Origin: Candidatus Dojkabacteria bacterium
GTDB taxonomy: Archaea > Nanobdellota > Nanobdellia > Pacearchaeales > GW2011-AR1
Reading direction: 5' to 3'
Assembly: GCA_017610445.1 (NCBI GenBank)
Contig: JAFCCB010000004.1
Span: forward strand, 1 to 48,062
DNA: 48,062 nt
Shown here piece by piece: positions 19,438 through 28,029 of the stretch. Under the pieces are notes generated by a model, which saw only the letters and a list, made by a program, of their open reading frames with translations, searched no databases and had not been told where the DNA came from. The translations under genes were made by a program, and so were the position numbers. The first letter of the stretch is position 1. Each line of letters starts with the position of its first letter.

Positions 19438-20324
19438 ATAAAATCCAGCCAATCAGAATATTTTTCATCCTCGTAATGAACAATTTCAAGAAATTTCTTT
19501 CTTATTCTTTCAGCTATCTTTCCTTCTTTAAAAAAAACATCATCCAACTGGGAAATAGGTGTAACTTCTGCAGCAGTTCCAACAAAAAAAAGTTCATCTG
19601 CAGTTTTTAATTCATCCAATGTAATATCTTCTTCTTCAACTTCATAACCCAAATCTTTTGTAACCTTAATAATACTATCTCTTGTAATCCCTGGAAGAAT
19701 TTGCCCTTTTAATTTAGGAGTTTTTATTTTTCCATCCTTAATCATAAAAATATTCTCACCAGGTCCTTCTGCAACATTCCCTTCATAATCTAAAAATAAT
19801 GATTCATCAAAACCCTGTTTTTTTGCTTCTAAACTTCCTAAAATCGAATTAACATAATGCCCGCAAATTTTTTTATCTGCCTTTAATGATTTCGGATGAA
19901 TTCTGATAAAAGAAGAGGTTTTTACTTTAGCAGATTCACCAATATAAGCTGGCCAAGGCCAAACAGCAATAACAACATTTACTTCACAACCTGTCGGGTC
20001 TAAACCCATTTTTCCATAACCATGGAAAATTATCGGACGAATATAACCCTCTTTTAATTTATTAACCCTGACTGTTTCTTTTATTGCATTAATAATCTCT
20101 TCTTGAGAGAAAAAAACTTTCATATCTAATGACTCTGCAGAATTAAAAAATCGTTTAATATGTTCTTTTAATCTGAAAACAACACTTCCTTTTTTTGTTT
20201 TATAAACTCTTATTCCTTCAAAAGCTCCACCCCCATAATGCAGAGAATGAGTTAAAACATGAATTTTTGCATCTTTCCATTTAATCAGTTTTCCATTAAA
20301 CCAAATAAATTCTGTTTCTTGCAT
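19434..20324 (-). CDS. ilvE: Branched-chain amino acid aminotransferase
   Basis: LHYGGGAFEGIR, EGPGENIF, ILPGITR, GTAAEVTPI. Confidence 0.93.
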   Translation of the reverse strand: MQETEFIWFNGKLIKWKDAKIHVLTHSLHYGGGAFEGIRVYKTKKGSVVFRLKEHIKRFFNSAESLDMKVFFSQEEIINAIKETVRVNKLKEGYIRPIIFHGYGKMGLDPTGCEVNVVIAVWPWPAYIGESAKVKTSSFIRIHPKSLKADKKICGHYVNSILGSLEAKKQGFDESLFLDYEGNVAEGPGENIFMIKDGKIKTPKLKGQILPGITRDSIIKVTKDLGYEVEEEDITLDELKTADELFFVGTAAEVTPISQLDDVFFKEGKIAERIRKKFLEIVHYEDEKYSDWLDFI

Positions 20325-20505
20325 ATTTTAAATTAATTACATTACTTTATAAAAATTATTATTACTACCATTCATTAAATGTTATTTCTGCCACAAGAAT
20401 TTTATTCTATATCAAAATCCTTTAATTCTAAATAGAAACCTTTATAAATCAAAACTCCTCTTTTTCATTTATAAACCTTATTATTATCCAAAAGTAACAC
20501 CAAAA

Positions 20506-21069
20506 ATGCCTATTAAAACAAAATCTAAAAATTCTTTAAAAATACAAAATATTGTAGCAACTGCTTCTTTAGGAAAAGATGTTCCATTAACAAAATTAGC
20601 TAAAACAATCCCAACTACAGAATACAATCCAGAACAATTCCCTGGTTTAGTTCTCAGAATTAAAGAGCCAAAATCAGCAGTTTTGGTTTTCTCTTCAGGA
20701 AATCTTGTCTGCACAGGCACAAAATCAATTACACAGGTTAAATTAGTAATCAAACAGGTTATTAAGACACTAAGAAAAATAAATATTAAAATAACAGACA
20801 ATCCAAAAATCACTGTCCAAAATATAGTTGCGTCTGGAAGCATAAATATATCATTAAATCTTAACTTCCTTGCATTAGAATTGGAAAATACAGAATATGA
20901 ACCAGAACAATTCCCAGGATTAGTTTACAAACTTGTCAAGCCCAATGCAACATTCCTCCTTTTCAGCAATGGAAAACTTGTCTGCACAGGAACAAAAAAC
21001 AATCAGCAGTTAAATGACTCAATGATTCAATTAACAAAAAGAATTAAAGAAGCTAATAAAAACAGATAA
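20506..21069 (+). CDS. tbp: TATA-box binding protein
   Basis: Two repeats of NIVA...EYxPEQFPGLV...FSxGxLVCTG. Confidence 0.97.
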   Translation: MPIKTKSKNSLKIQNIVATASLGKDVPLTKLAKTIPTTEYNPEQFPGLVLRIKEPKSAVLVFSSGNLVCTGTKSITQVKLVIKQVIKTLRKINIKITDNPKITVQNIVASGSINISLNLNFLALELENTEYEPEQFPGLVYKLVKPNATFLLFSNGKLVCTGTKNNQQLNDSMIQLTKRIKEANKNR

Positions 21070-21116
21070 TTCTAAAACAAGAATCTTTATAAAAAGAACT
21101 TATTTTCAATTCTTAT

Positions 21117-21401
21117 ATGTGTCTTGAAGAAGAATTAAAAGAAAAGGAAATAAAATCTCCAATAACAGGAATATTTCATGACACAAGAGCTTCCATACCC
21201 TATGAAAAAAATAATCTTCAACCCTATGTAAAAATTGGTTCTCATGTTATTCCTGAAGTAATTATTTGTGATGTAGAAGCAATAGGTGTAAGAATACCTA
21301 TTGAAGCAGGAGTATATGGAATAATTAAAGAAAAGTTAATTAAACCTGAAGAAGCAGTAGAGTACAACCAACCGCTTTTCAGAATAAAAACAGATAAATA
21401 A
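21117..21401 (+). CDS. Biotinyl/lipoyl-carrier-like domain lacking the acceptor Lys
   Basis: IKSPITGIF...PYVKIG...VEYNQPLFRI BCCP pattern; EAIGV in place of EAMKM. Confidence 0.7.
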   Translation: MCLEEELKEKEIKSPITGIFHDTRASIPYEKNNLQPYVKIGSHVIPEVIICDVEAIGVRIPIEAGVYGIIKEKLIKPEEAVEYNQPLFRIKTDK

Positions 21402-21518
21402 TTATTTCTTATAATTCACCGAATAACCTATTTCTAATATATCTTACAAAACAAATAATTATTTATAAATCAACACATTCTCCTAAATATACAAAAGGAG
21501 AAAATAATAAATACATAA

Positions 21519-21544
21519 GGCTCACTCACTTCGTTCGCTCGCCT
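21519..21544. repeat. REP-like GC-rich motif, copy 1
   Basis: ctcactcacttcgttcgctcgcct; 21 of 24 nt identical to 34136..34159. Confidence 0.65.
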
Positions 21545-21718
21545 ATTTAATAATACTAATACTCTGCAAAATATAATTAGGATATAACATGCTTAAGCTT
21601 TTCAGAACAGAACTTAACCAACACACAATTTAATCAACACACAACAAACTTAAGCTACTCACAACATCGCTTAAGTTTTTGAGAATTTCCAAAATAAGAA
21701 ATTAAATAAAACACAAAC

Positions 21719-23725
21719 ATGCCAAAAAAAATAAATGAAGAACTCATAATTGAAGCAAAATCTTTTTTCTCAACTTACAAAAAAGAGATAGGAGAAAGTA
21801 TAAGAAAAGGCAGGAAAGTTATTTTCATAAATTTTGACAATCTGGCTTCTCACTCGCCGATTTTAGCAGAAGCACTGATAAGCAATCCAGAAGAACTTCT
21901 TCAAATCCTCGAAACTGCATTAGAAGAAACCGGACTGATTAAAAATTCAAGAATAAGATTTAACAATCTTCCTCAAACCCAAAAAGTAAAAATAAGAACA
22001 ATCAGAGCCCATCATTTAAACCAATTAATCTTCTTTGAAGGATTAGTCAGGCAGGCATCAGAAGTTCGTCCACAGGTAATCAACGCTAAATTTGAGTGCC
22101 CAACCTGTGGAACAGTAATATCTGTTCTGCAAATAGACAAAAAATTCAGAGAACCAAGCAGATGCTCATGCGGAAGAAAAGGACAATTCAGATTAATCAA
22201 CAAATCAATGGTAGACGCCCAAAGATTAGTTATTGAAGAATCTTCAGAATCATTATCAGGAGGAGAACAGCCAAGAAGAATATCTGTATTCCTAAAGGAA
22301 GATTTAGTAGAACCTGGAATGGAAGAGCGGACAACACCAGGAAGCAAAGTAAGAATATTAGGAATATTAAAAGAAGTCCCTGTCCCATTGCCTTCAGGAG
22401 CAATCTCAACAAGATTTGACTTGGCAATTGAAGCAAACAACTTAATCCCATTAGAATCAACATATGAAGAATTAGACATTAATGAAGAAGAAGAAAGACA
22501 GATACAAGAATTAGCAGCAGACCCAAAAATATTTGAAAAATTAAGAGACAGCATCGCACCAAGCATTTGGGGTTATAAAGAAATAAAAGAATCTTTAGTC
22601 CTGCAAATGTTCAGCGGTGTAAGAAAAATAAGCCCTGACGGAACAGCATCAAGAGGAGACATCCATCTATTTTTAATGGGAGATCCTGGTGTAGCAAAAA
22701 GCGTGACCCTAAAATTCATCTCAAATATTGCCCCAAAAGGAAGATATGTGGTAGGAATGGGAACAAGTGGAAGAGGAATTACAGCGACAGTTGTCAGAGA
22801 CGAGTTTTTAAAAGGGTGGAGTTTAGAAGCAGGAGCAATGGTTCTTGCTAACAAAGGAGTTGTATGTATTGATGAAATTGAAAAAATGAATGCTGAAGAC
22901 AGAAGTGCAATGCACGAAGCATTAGAACAGCAAACAGTTACAATAAGCAAAGCTAATGTGCAAGCCACACTTTCAGCACAAACCTCTGTTCTTGCAGCAG
23001 GAAATCCAAAATACGGAAGATTTGAGCCATTACAGCCAATTACTCAGCAAATTGATCTCCCACCTGCCCTGCTTAACAGATTTGATTTAATATTTATTTT
23101 AAGAGACCTGCCAAACAAAAAACAGGATGATGCAATTGCAACACATGTTTTAAACATCCAGCAGATGAAAGGAAAAGAAGCAAAAATAAACCGAGAATTA
23201 TTCAAAAAATATGTTGCTTATGCAAAACAAAAAACCAACCCAATACTAACAGATGAAGCAGTAAAAGAAATAAAAGATTTCTATGTAAAATTAAGAGACC
23301 TTCAAACAAAAGGAGATTCAAGTTCAATCCCAATTTCAGCGCGGCAATTACAGGCATTAGTAAGACTCTCAGAAGCGCATGCAAAAACAAGATTAAGCAA
23401 CAAAGTCAAAAAACAAGATGCACAAGTCGCAATCCGTTTGATGAATTATTATTTAATGCAGGTTGGTTACGATGCTGAAACAAAAACATTTGACATAGAC
23501 AGATTTACAACAAACATCAGCTCAAGCCAAAGAAGCAAAATTATCCTTGTAAAAGAAACAATTCAAACTCTTGAAGAAAAATACGGAAAATTAGTTCCTT
23601 TAGATATATTAAAGCAAGAATTAAAAAAAGAAATTTCAGACACAGAATTTGATGAAGCCATACAAAAACTAAAAAAATCAGGAGATATTTTTCAACCTAA
23701 GTCTGGTTTTGTTCAGTTGATTTAA
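21719..23725 (+). CDS. mcm: Replicative helicase MCM
   Basis: CxxC zinc motif, GDPGVAKS, IDEIEKM, LLNRFDLIF, ISARQL; no intein evident. Confidence 0.97.
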   Translation: MPKKINEELIIEAKSFFSTYKKEIGESIRKGRKVIFINFDNLASHSPILAEALISNPEELLQILETALEETGLIKNSRIRFNNLPQTQKVKIRTIRAHHLNQLIFFEGLVRQASEVRPQVINAKFECPTCGTVISVLQIDKKFREPSRCSCGRKGQFRLINKSMVDAQRLVIEESSESLSGGEQPRRISVFLKEDLVEPGMEERTTPGSKVRILGILKEVPVPLPSGAISTRFDLAIEANNLIPLESTYEELDINEEEERQIQELAADPKIFEKLRDSIAPSIWGYKEIKESLVLQMFSGVRKISPDGTASRGDIHLFLMGDPGVAKSVTLKFISNIAPKGRYVVGMGTSGRGITATVVRDEFLKGWSLEAGAMVLANKGVVCIDEIEKMNAEDRSAMHEALEQQTVTISKANVQATLSAQTSVLAAGNPKYGRFEPLQPITQQIDLPPALLNRFDLIFILRDLPNKKQDDAIATHVLNIQQMKGKEAKINRELFKKYVAYAKQKTNPILTDEAVKEIKDFYVKLRDLQTKGDSSSIPISARQLQALVRLSEAHAKTRLSNKVKKQDAQVAIRLMNYYLMQVGYDAETKTFDIDRFTTNISSSQRSKIILVKETIQTLEEKYGKLVPLDILKQELKKEISDTEFDEAIQKLKKSGDIFQPKSGFVQLI

Positions 23726-23798
23726 AAAAAGGTTACTAAACATTCTTTTAAGGGATGTAAATGGAAATAAAGTTCTGTTTCCAGGGTGTTCAACGAAA

Positions 23799-24029
23799 TT
23801 TCTAATTCTCCTAAAGTCTAAAGTAAAACAAAAAATAGCTAAAATCTCTCTCAGCCATCCCCCGACCACCCAACTCGAGCCCAAGTCTTGTTATTTATAC
23901 TTTAATTTGTCAAGACTTAAACTCTCGCCCCAGTTACGAGGTGTGCGCCGGTTTTCTCTTCAAGAAAGCAGATAGTTGAAAATCAAAGATTTTCAAGATT
24001 AATAATTTCCCCCAAGAAAAGAGACTCGC
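23799..24029 (+). repeat. Multi-block non-coding element, copy A (inverted relative to copy B)
   Basis: Six colinear blocks shared with the reverse complement of 26827..26969; internal hairpins at 23883..23918 and 23976..23996. Confidence 0.8.
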
Positions 24030-24078
24030 GGTTTTTCTGAATGAAAAACAGCTTACTTAACAAGATTAGAAATTTTAT

Positions 24079-24798
24079 TTACCTATAAAATGTTTTATAA
24101 TAATCTTTTTGAGAGAATCCTAATTCTTTTTGAAGATGATTTACAATTTTAAGAATTGCTCCCTCCTTACCATTTAGATGCTCTTTGATGTATTTATACA
24201 ATTGGGAATCTAATTCTTTTATTCTTGGAAGAATATACTTGGTGTGAGGTTTGTAAGTTCTTTTTGCCTTAAAATATATCTCTATGCAATACCAAAATAA
24301 ATCATTTCTTAGATATTCTTTTTGAGTTTTTTCTATATCTCTATCAAAAGCAACCAATTTATCATATAATTTCCATCCATAATAATATATTTCTTTTTTA
24401 GATAATTTAGAGAGTTTACTTTTAAGCACTTTATTTGCTTCTTCTTTTAATTTTTTGGATATTTCGTATCCATAAATACAATCTGAAAAAAATATTATTT
24501 CTGCTGTTGTTCTTTTAAAAGCATTTTTTTCTTCTTTTAATAATCTTTTAACCCATCTTAAAGGGTTTACAAAAAAGGATACTTTAACATTCCTAATTGT
24601 TTTTACTCCTTTTTTGCCACTTTTGCGGCTCTGGGTTATAATAAATATATCAATATCTGAATTTTTCGATAATTTGTTATTGAAATAAGATCCTGTTATT
24701 AAAGCACAAACAATTTTATTTTCTTTTTTTATTTTCTCTAAGAATTCTTGAGAGATTTTTAGATATTTCTTTTTTAGATTATTCATTTTGTATTTCAC
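24079..24798 (-). CDS. Nucleotidyltransferase (Pol-beta/MNT superfamily) with a helical C-terminal domain
   Basis: LITGSY...SDIDIFII motif; start overlaps the end of the upstream ORF by 20 nt. Confidence 0.78.
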   Translation of the reverse strand: MKYKMNNLKKKYLKISQEFLEKIKKENKIVCALITGSYFNNKLSKNSDIDIFIITQSRKSGKKGVKTIRNVKVSFFVNPLRWVKRLLKEEKNAFKRTTAEIIFFSDCIYGYEISKKLKEEANKVLKSKLSKLSKKEIYYYGWKLYDKLVAFDRDIEKTQKEYLRNDLFWYCIEIYFKAKRTYKPHTKYILPRIKELDSQLYKYIKEHLNGKEGAILKIVNHLQKELGFSQKDYYKTFYR

Positions 24799-25939
24799 CT
24801 ATCCTTTTTGTAGTTAAGGGGAAGATAGGACTTATAGATTTTATCATTTTAAGATATTCTTCAATATCCTCTTTAGTGGTTTTTTCTCCTCTTTCTATTT
24901 TTTTACTTAATTCATAAATTCTACTTCTAAAAATTTCTATAGCCTCAGAAACTTGCATTGTTTCAATCATTTTTTCTATTTCTTCATTCCCTTCTTGATT
25001 ATCTTGGCGGGATTCATAATGTTTTACAAAATGTTTCGCTAAATTGCAAGCCCTATAAATCATCTTTTTACCTTTTATTAAAGTATCTGGATTTACTTCC
25101 ATATCTTCTAAAGAGTTTGTTGGTAGAAGCGCACAATACCTTAAAACATCTGAATCAATAACAGGATTCCTCACACTTTTTTTAATCTCTTCAATTTTCA
25201 TATTTTCTAATCCTCCTGCCAGATTTAAAAACCCATGAGCACATAAATTGCGCGCAAATGGTTCATCAAAAAGTGTGTTCCAAACTACAAAGGGGATAAA
25301 TGTACCTCTTGGAAGGGTTCTACATCCATCAATACCATAATCTGCCGATTCTTCCGAAAATAATGCAGGACTAACTGCTAAATCAAATATAGGATTTATA
25401 CTTTTAATACTATTAGGAATAGGTGTCGCATGTCTTCTTCTTTTAGAAACAGGATAGAGTCCGGTTAGAGTTTTTGTCAAGTCTAACATTCTTTTTCTTA
25501 AATGCAGAGGATTATATCTTACAGATTCTAAGTGTTCTCTCATCCTGGTTTGAGTATATGTTCTTGATAAATCCAGAAAATATTCTCCATTCTGTTCTAC
25601 AATAAAACCTCTTTGTAGCAATTGCATGAAATGTTTTTGGGAATTTTGTCGGGATTTTTCATCTGTATCTCTATAAGAAGTATATGATTCTTCAATACCA
25701 AAAAAGGATAGTTCTCTTCCCATGCCTTGTTCTGATATTTCTATTTGTTTTTCTAATTCCCCCCTATCTAAATGATTCACTCTTTTTCCTTGATGATTCC
25801 AAGAAGGGTAAAAATATTGTATTTTTTCCCCTTTAGATTGCATATGCCTAGCTATTACATCATTCCATACAACATTTACTCCATGCCCAAAAACTAAGTT
25901 TTGTTTTGAGCTTATTATGGCTGGCGAGTAAAACTTCAT
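24779..25939 (-). CDS. Shortened, degenerate class Ia aminoacyl-tRNA synthetase paralog (ValRS-like)
   Basis: Colinear with valS: LVFGH (HIGH site), DVIARH, VSKRRRHATPIP, AHGF, DVLRY, SPIFP; no editing domain and no KMSKS. Confidence 0.7.
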   Translation of the reverse strand: MKFYSPAIISSKQNLVFGHGVNVVWNDVIARHMQSKGEKIQYFYPSWNHQGKRVNHLDRGELEKQIEISEQGMGRELSFFGIEESYTSYRDTDEKSRQNSQKHFMQLLQRGFIVEQNGEYFLDLSRTYTQTRMREHLESVRYNPLHLRKRMLDLTKTLTGLYPVSKRRRHATPIPNSIKSINPIFDLAVSPALFSEESADYGIDGCRTLPRGTFIPFVVWNTLFDEPFARNLCAHGFLNLAGGLENMKIEEIKKSVRNPVIDSDVLRYCALLPTNSLEDMEVNPDTLIKGKKMIYRACNLAKHFVKHYESRQDNQEGNEEIEKMIETMQVSEAIEIFRSRIYELSKKIERGEKTTKEDIEEYLKMIKSISPIFPLTTKRIGEIQNE

Positions 25940-26023
25940 AAAAATGCATTAATTAGAGGTTTTATAAATTCTTTTGTTTAATTATTTAGTAAAGATTAAA
26001 AACCACCAATCTTTATTAACTGT

Positions 26024-26776
26024 ATGGTTATGCCTATATTAAAATCATATTATGGAAAAATATTTTTTGAGTTTTTAACTCATAAAGATAAACGTGACAC
26101 TATAATCCTCTTAGCCGGATTTCCAGGTTCTAACCAAAAAGACGAAATGATGTACTTTTTTTATGAAAAAGGGTTCAATGTGTTTTTCCCTAGATTTAAA
26201 GGAACTTTTCAAAGCGAAGGAAAATTTCTAGAAACTAATCTTGTTGATGATTTATTATTTTTTATAAAAGAGCTAAAAAAAGTACAGGCTAAAAATCTTT
26301 GGGATATGAGTAAAGTGCATTTTAAAATTGGAAAAATCAATGTGGTCGGAGATAGTTTTAGTGGAGCAATTGCCTGCGGATTATGCGCTTGTTCAGAGGA
26401 TATTTCTAAGATTATTTTGGCTTCTCCAGTATTAGATTATAAAAAACATAATATTGATGGAGACGAACAAGATTTAGATGCTTTAACTTTATTTGTTAAG
26501 AGAGCATATAAGAATCTATATAGGTATTCTTTTAATTCCTTACAGAAAGAAATAAATAAGTTCAAAGAAATTTCTCCTGATTTTTATTTAAAATTGTTGA
26601 ATAAGCCAATCTTATTGTTTCATGACCCCAATGATAGAGCGGTTTCAATAAGACATAGTAAAATTCTCTTTGGAAATATGAAAAATTGCAAGATAATTAA
26701 AACAAATACAGGACATGGGTTTTGCAGGGTATTGGATAAATATTCTAATTTGATTCTTGATTTTCTGAAAGATTAA
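26024..26776 (+). CDS. Alpha/beta hydrolase
   Basis: GFPG oxyanion loop, GDSFSG nucleophile elbow, HDPNDRAV (Asp), GHGF (His). Confidence 0.82.
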   Translation: MVMPILKSYYGKIFFEFLTHKDKRDTIILLAGFPGSNQKDEMMYFFYEKGFNVFFPRFKGTFQSEGKFLETNLVDDLLFFIKELKKVQAKNLWDMSKVHFKIGKINVVGDSFSGAIACGLCACSEDISKIILASPVLDYKKHNIDGDEQDLDALTLFVKRAYKNLYRYSFNSLQKEINKFKEISPDFYLKLLNKPILLFHDPNDRAVSIRHSKILFGNMKNCKIIKTNTGHGFCRVLDKYSNLILDFLKD

Positions 26777-26826
26777 CAATAAACTTTTACAATCTTTACA
26801 TTCTTCTTTTAGAAAAAGATGCAAAA

Positions 26827-26969
26827 GCGAGTCTCTTTTCCCAGCCCAAAATCTTCTTTCTTAAAAAGAAAGAAGCAAAGAAGGGCACGCACCTCAAATT
26901 TAATGGGATGGCTAAAAGCCCACCTGAACTAAGAGAGATTTTAGAAATATAAAGACGGAGAATTAGAAA
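26827..26969 (-). repeat. Multi-block non-coding element, copy B
   Basis: Blocks gcgagtctcttttc, atcttctttcttaaaaagaa, ggcacgcacctc, gggatggct, agagagattttag and ggagaattagaaa are reverse complements (four exact, two near-exact) of the copy A blocks. Confidence 0.8.
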
Positions 26970-27006
26970 CTCAAGCCACATTGCATTCTCGCCTACGGCT
27001 CGGGTC

Positions 27007-27120
27007 GTTGAATAGGGGATAAAGAGTTCGGCTCCTGCAGAGCCTCTCCCAAATTTTTTTCTCAGCCAGTTCGCTATCGCTCACGGGAGAAATTAACTTT
27101 CCTTATCCCCAATGTTAAAC
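27007..27120 (+). mobile_element. attC-like site 1 (degenerate R'')
   Basis: gttgaat...ggggataa / ttatcccc...gttaaac; the end matches GTTRRRY; internal stems ggctc/gagcc and ctccc/gggag. Confidence 0.45.
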
Positions 27121-27222
27121 AAAATTGAAAAAGAAAAGAGCCGAGAGAGAGATACTTCGCAGTAGGAAGATTTACCTTAGGGTGCATTACACTTACAGTA
27201 GGTATTTTTTGTATTGGGGCAA

Positions 27223-27405
27223 TTATTTTCCGAATGCTGATGTAATCAGCTTAAATCCCTTTGGCAATAGAATTATACAAAAAAGGATAGCACTTATTCC
27301 AGTAATCCAAAATAGGATGCTTCCTTTTTCTGCCAAAGAGAATACAGAAAATAAACCAATAACAATACCTAGAAACTGCAAAGTTTCATTAGTTAAATCT
27401 TTCAT
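27223..27405 (-). CDS. Small 2-TM membrane protein inside the putative cassette
   Basis: 60 aa with two hydrophobic helices; SD-like gaggt upstream. Confidence 0.55.
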   Translation of the reverse strand: MKDLTNETLQFLGIVIGLFSVFSLAEKGSILFWITGISAILFCIILLPKGFKLITSAFGK

Positions 27406-27487
27406 ATTTCTTTTACCTCTCAGTAAAAGAAAGGGCTGATTAGCTTAATAGCTTTTCGGCTCTTTTTTCTACACTTTTTCAACTATC

Positions 27488-27572
27488 GTTTAACAGCAGA
27501 TAAAAAGTAAAATTCTTGCAGAATTTTTCCAAATTCGCCTTTGGCGAACTTTTTTTAATCTTAATGTTAAAT
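27488..27572 (+). mobile_element. attC-like site 2
   Basis: R'' gtttaac (RYYYAAC) and R' gttaaat (GTTRRRY); agataaaaa pairs with tttttaatct with one bulge; internal hairpins aaaattct/agaatttt and ttcgcc/ggcgaa. Confidence 0.6.
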
Positions 27573-27584
27573 CTAAATTCATAT

Positions 27585-27987
27585 CTAAATTAAAGAAATA
27601 GCCTCATCAGGCCTAATTATTTTTATCCTTTGATATTCTTTCAAGTTCAATAAATGCTTATCTTGACTAATAATTAAATCTGCATTTCCTGTTATTCCAG
27701 CTTCAAGAAATTTATTATCATCTAAATCATCTTTTATCACATTAATTTTTATAGTTGGTTCTACCATAATTAAATTTTCAATAATAATGTTTTTCCATTC
27801 ATATATCATTTCTTTTGGCATTTGAATTTTAAAATTTAATAGTGTTTTAATTAATTCATCAATAATTTCCATAGAACTAACTAAATCAATTTTTCTTTCT
27901 CTCCATTTTTCTATTATCTTAGAACAGAAATTACCTTTCCAGAAGATTCCTGATACAAATACATTTGTAATCTAAAACTAATCTCAT
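27585..27987 (-). pseudogene. PIN-domain (VapC-like) toxin with a +1 frameshift
   Basis: Removing one base near 27969 gives MRLVLDTNVFVSGIFWKG... in frame with ...DDLDDNKFLEAG...IISQDKHLL; the span is 403 nt (3n+1). Confidence 0.85.
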
Positions 27988-28029
27988 TTTCAGAAGATTC
28001 TCAATTTTTCGTAAATTCTAAAATTTGTT

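Noticed and set aside
21402..21718. Replication origin upstream of mcm (cttaag x3, caacacacaa x2)
   Set aside because: No ORB-like G-string motif or orc1/cdc6 nearby, and by eye the C-over-G bias of the + strand does not switch here (skew not computed)
22012..23390. Long antisense ORFs inside mcm (and similar ones in valS, lig, tbp, gatE)
   Set aside because: Shadow frames of well-supported genes, with no motifs
26796..26981. 61 aa ORF, and the similar 23678..23884 ORF
   Set aside because: They overlap the repeated non-coding element, whose blocks are separated by variable-length spacers that do not keep a shared frame
27125..27439. 104 aa plus-strand ORF
   Set aside because: TTG start inside an inverted repeat, and antisense to a more plausible 2-TM ORF with an SD
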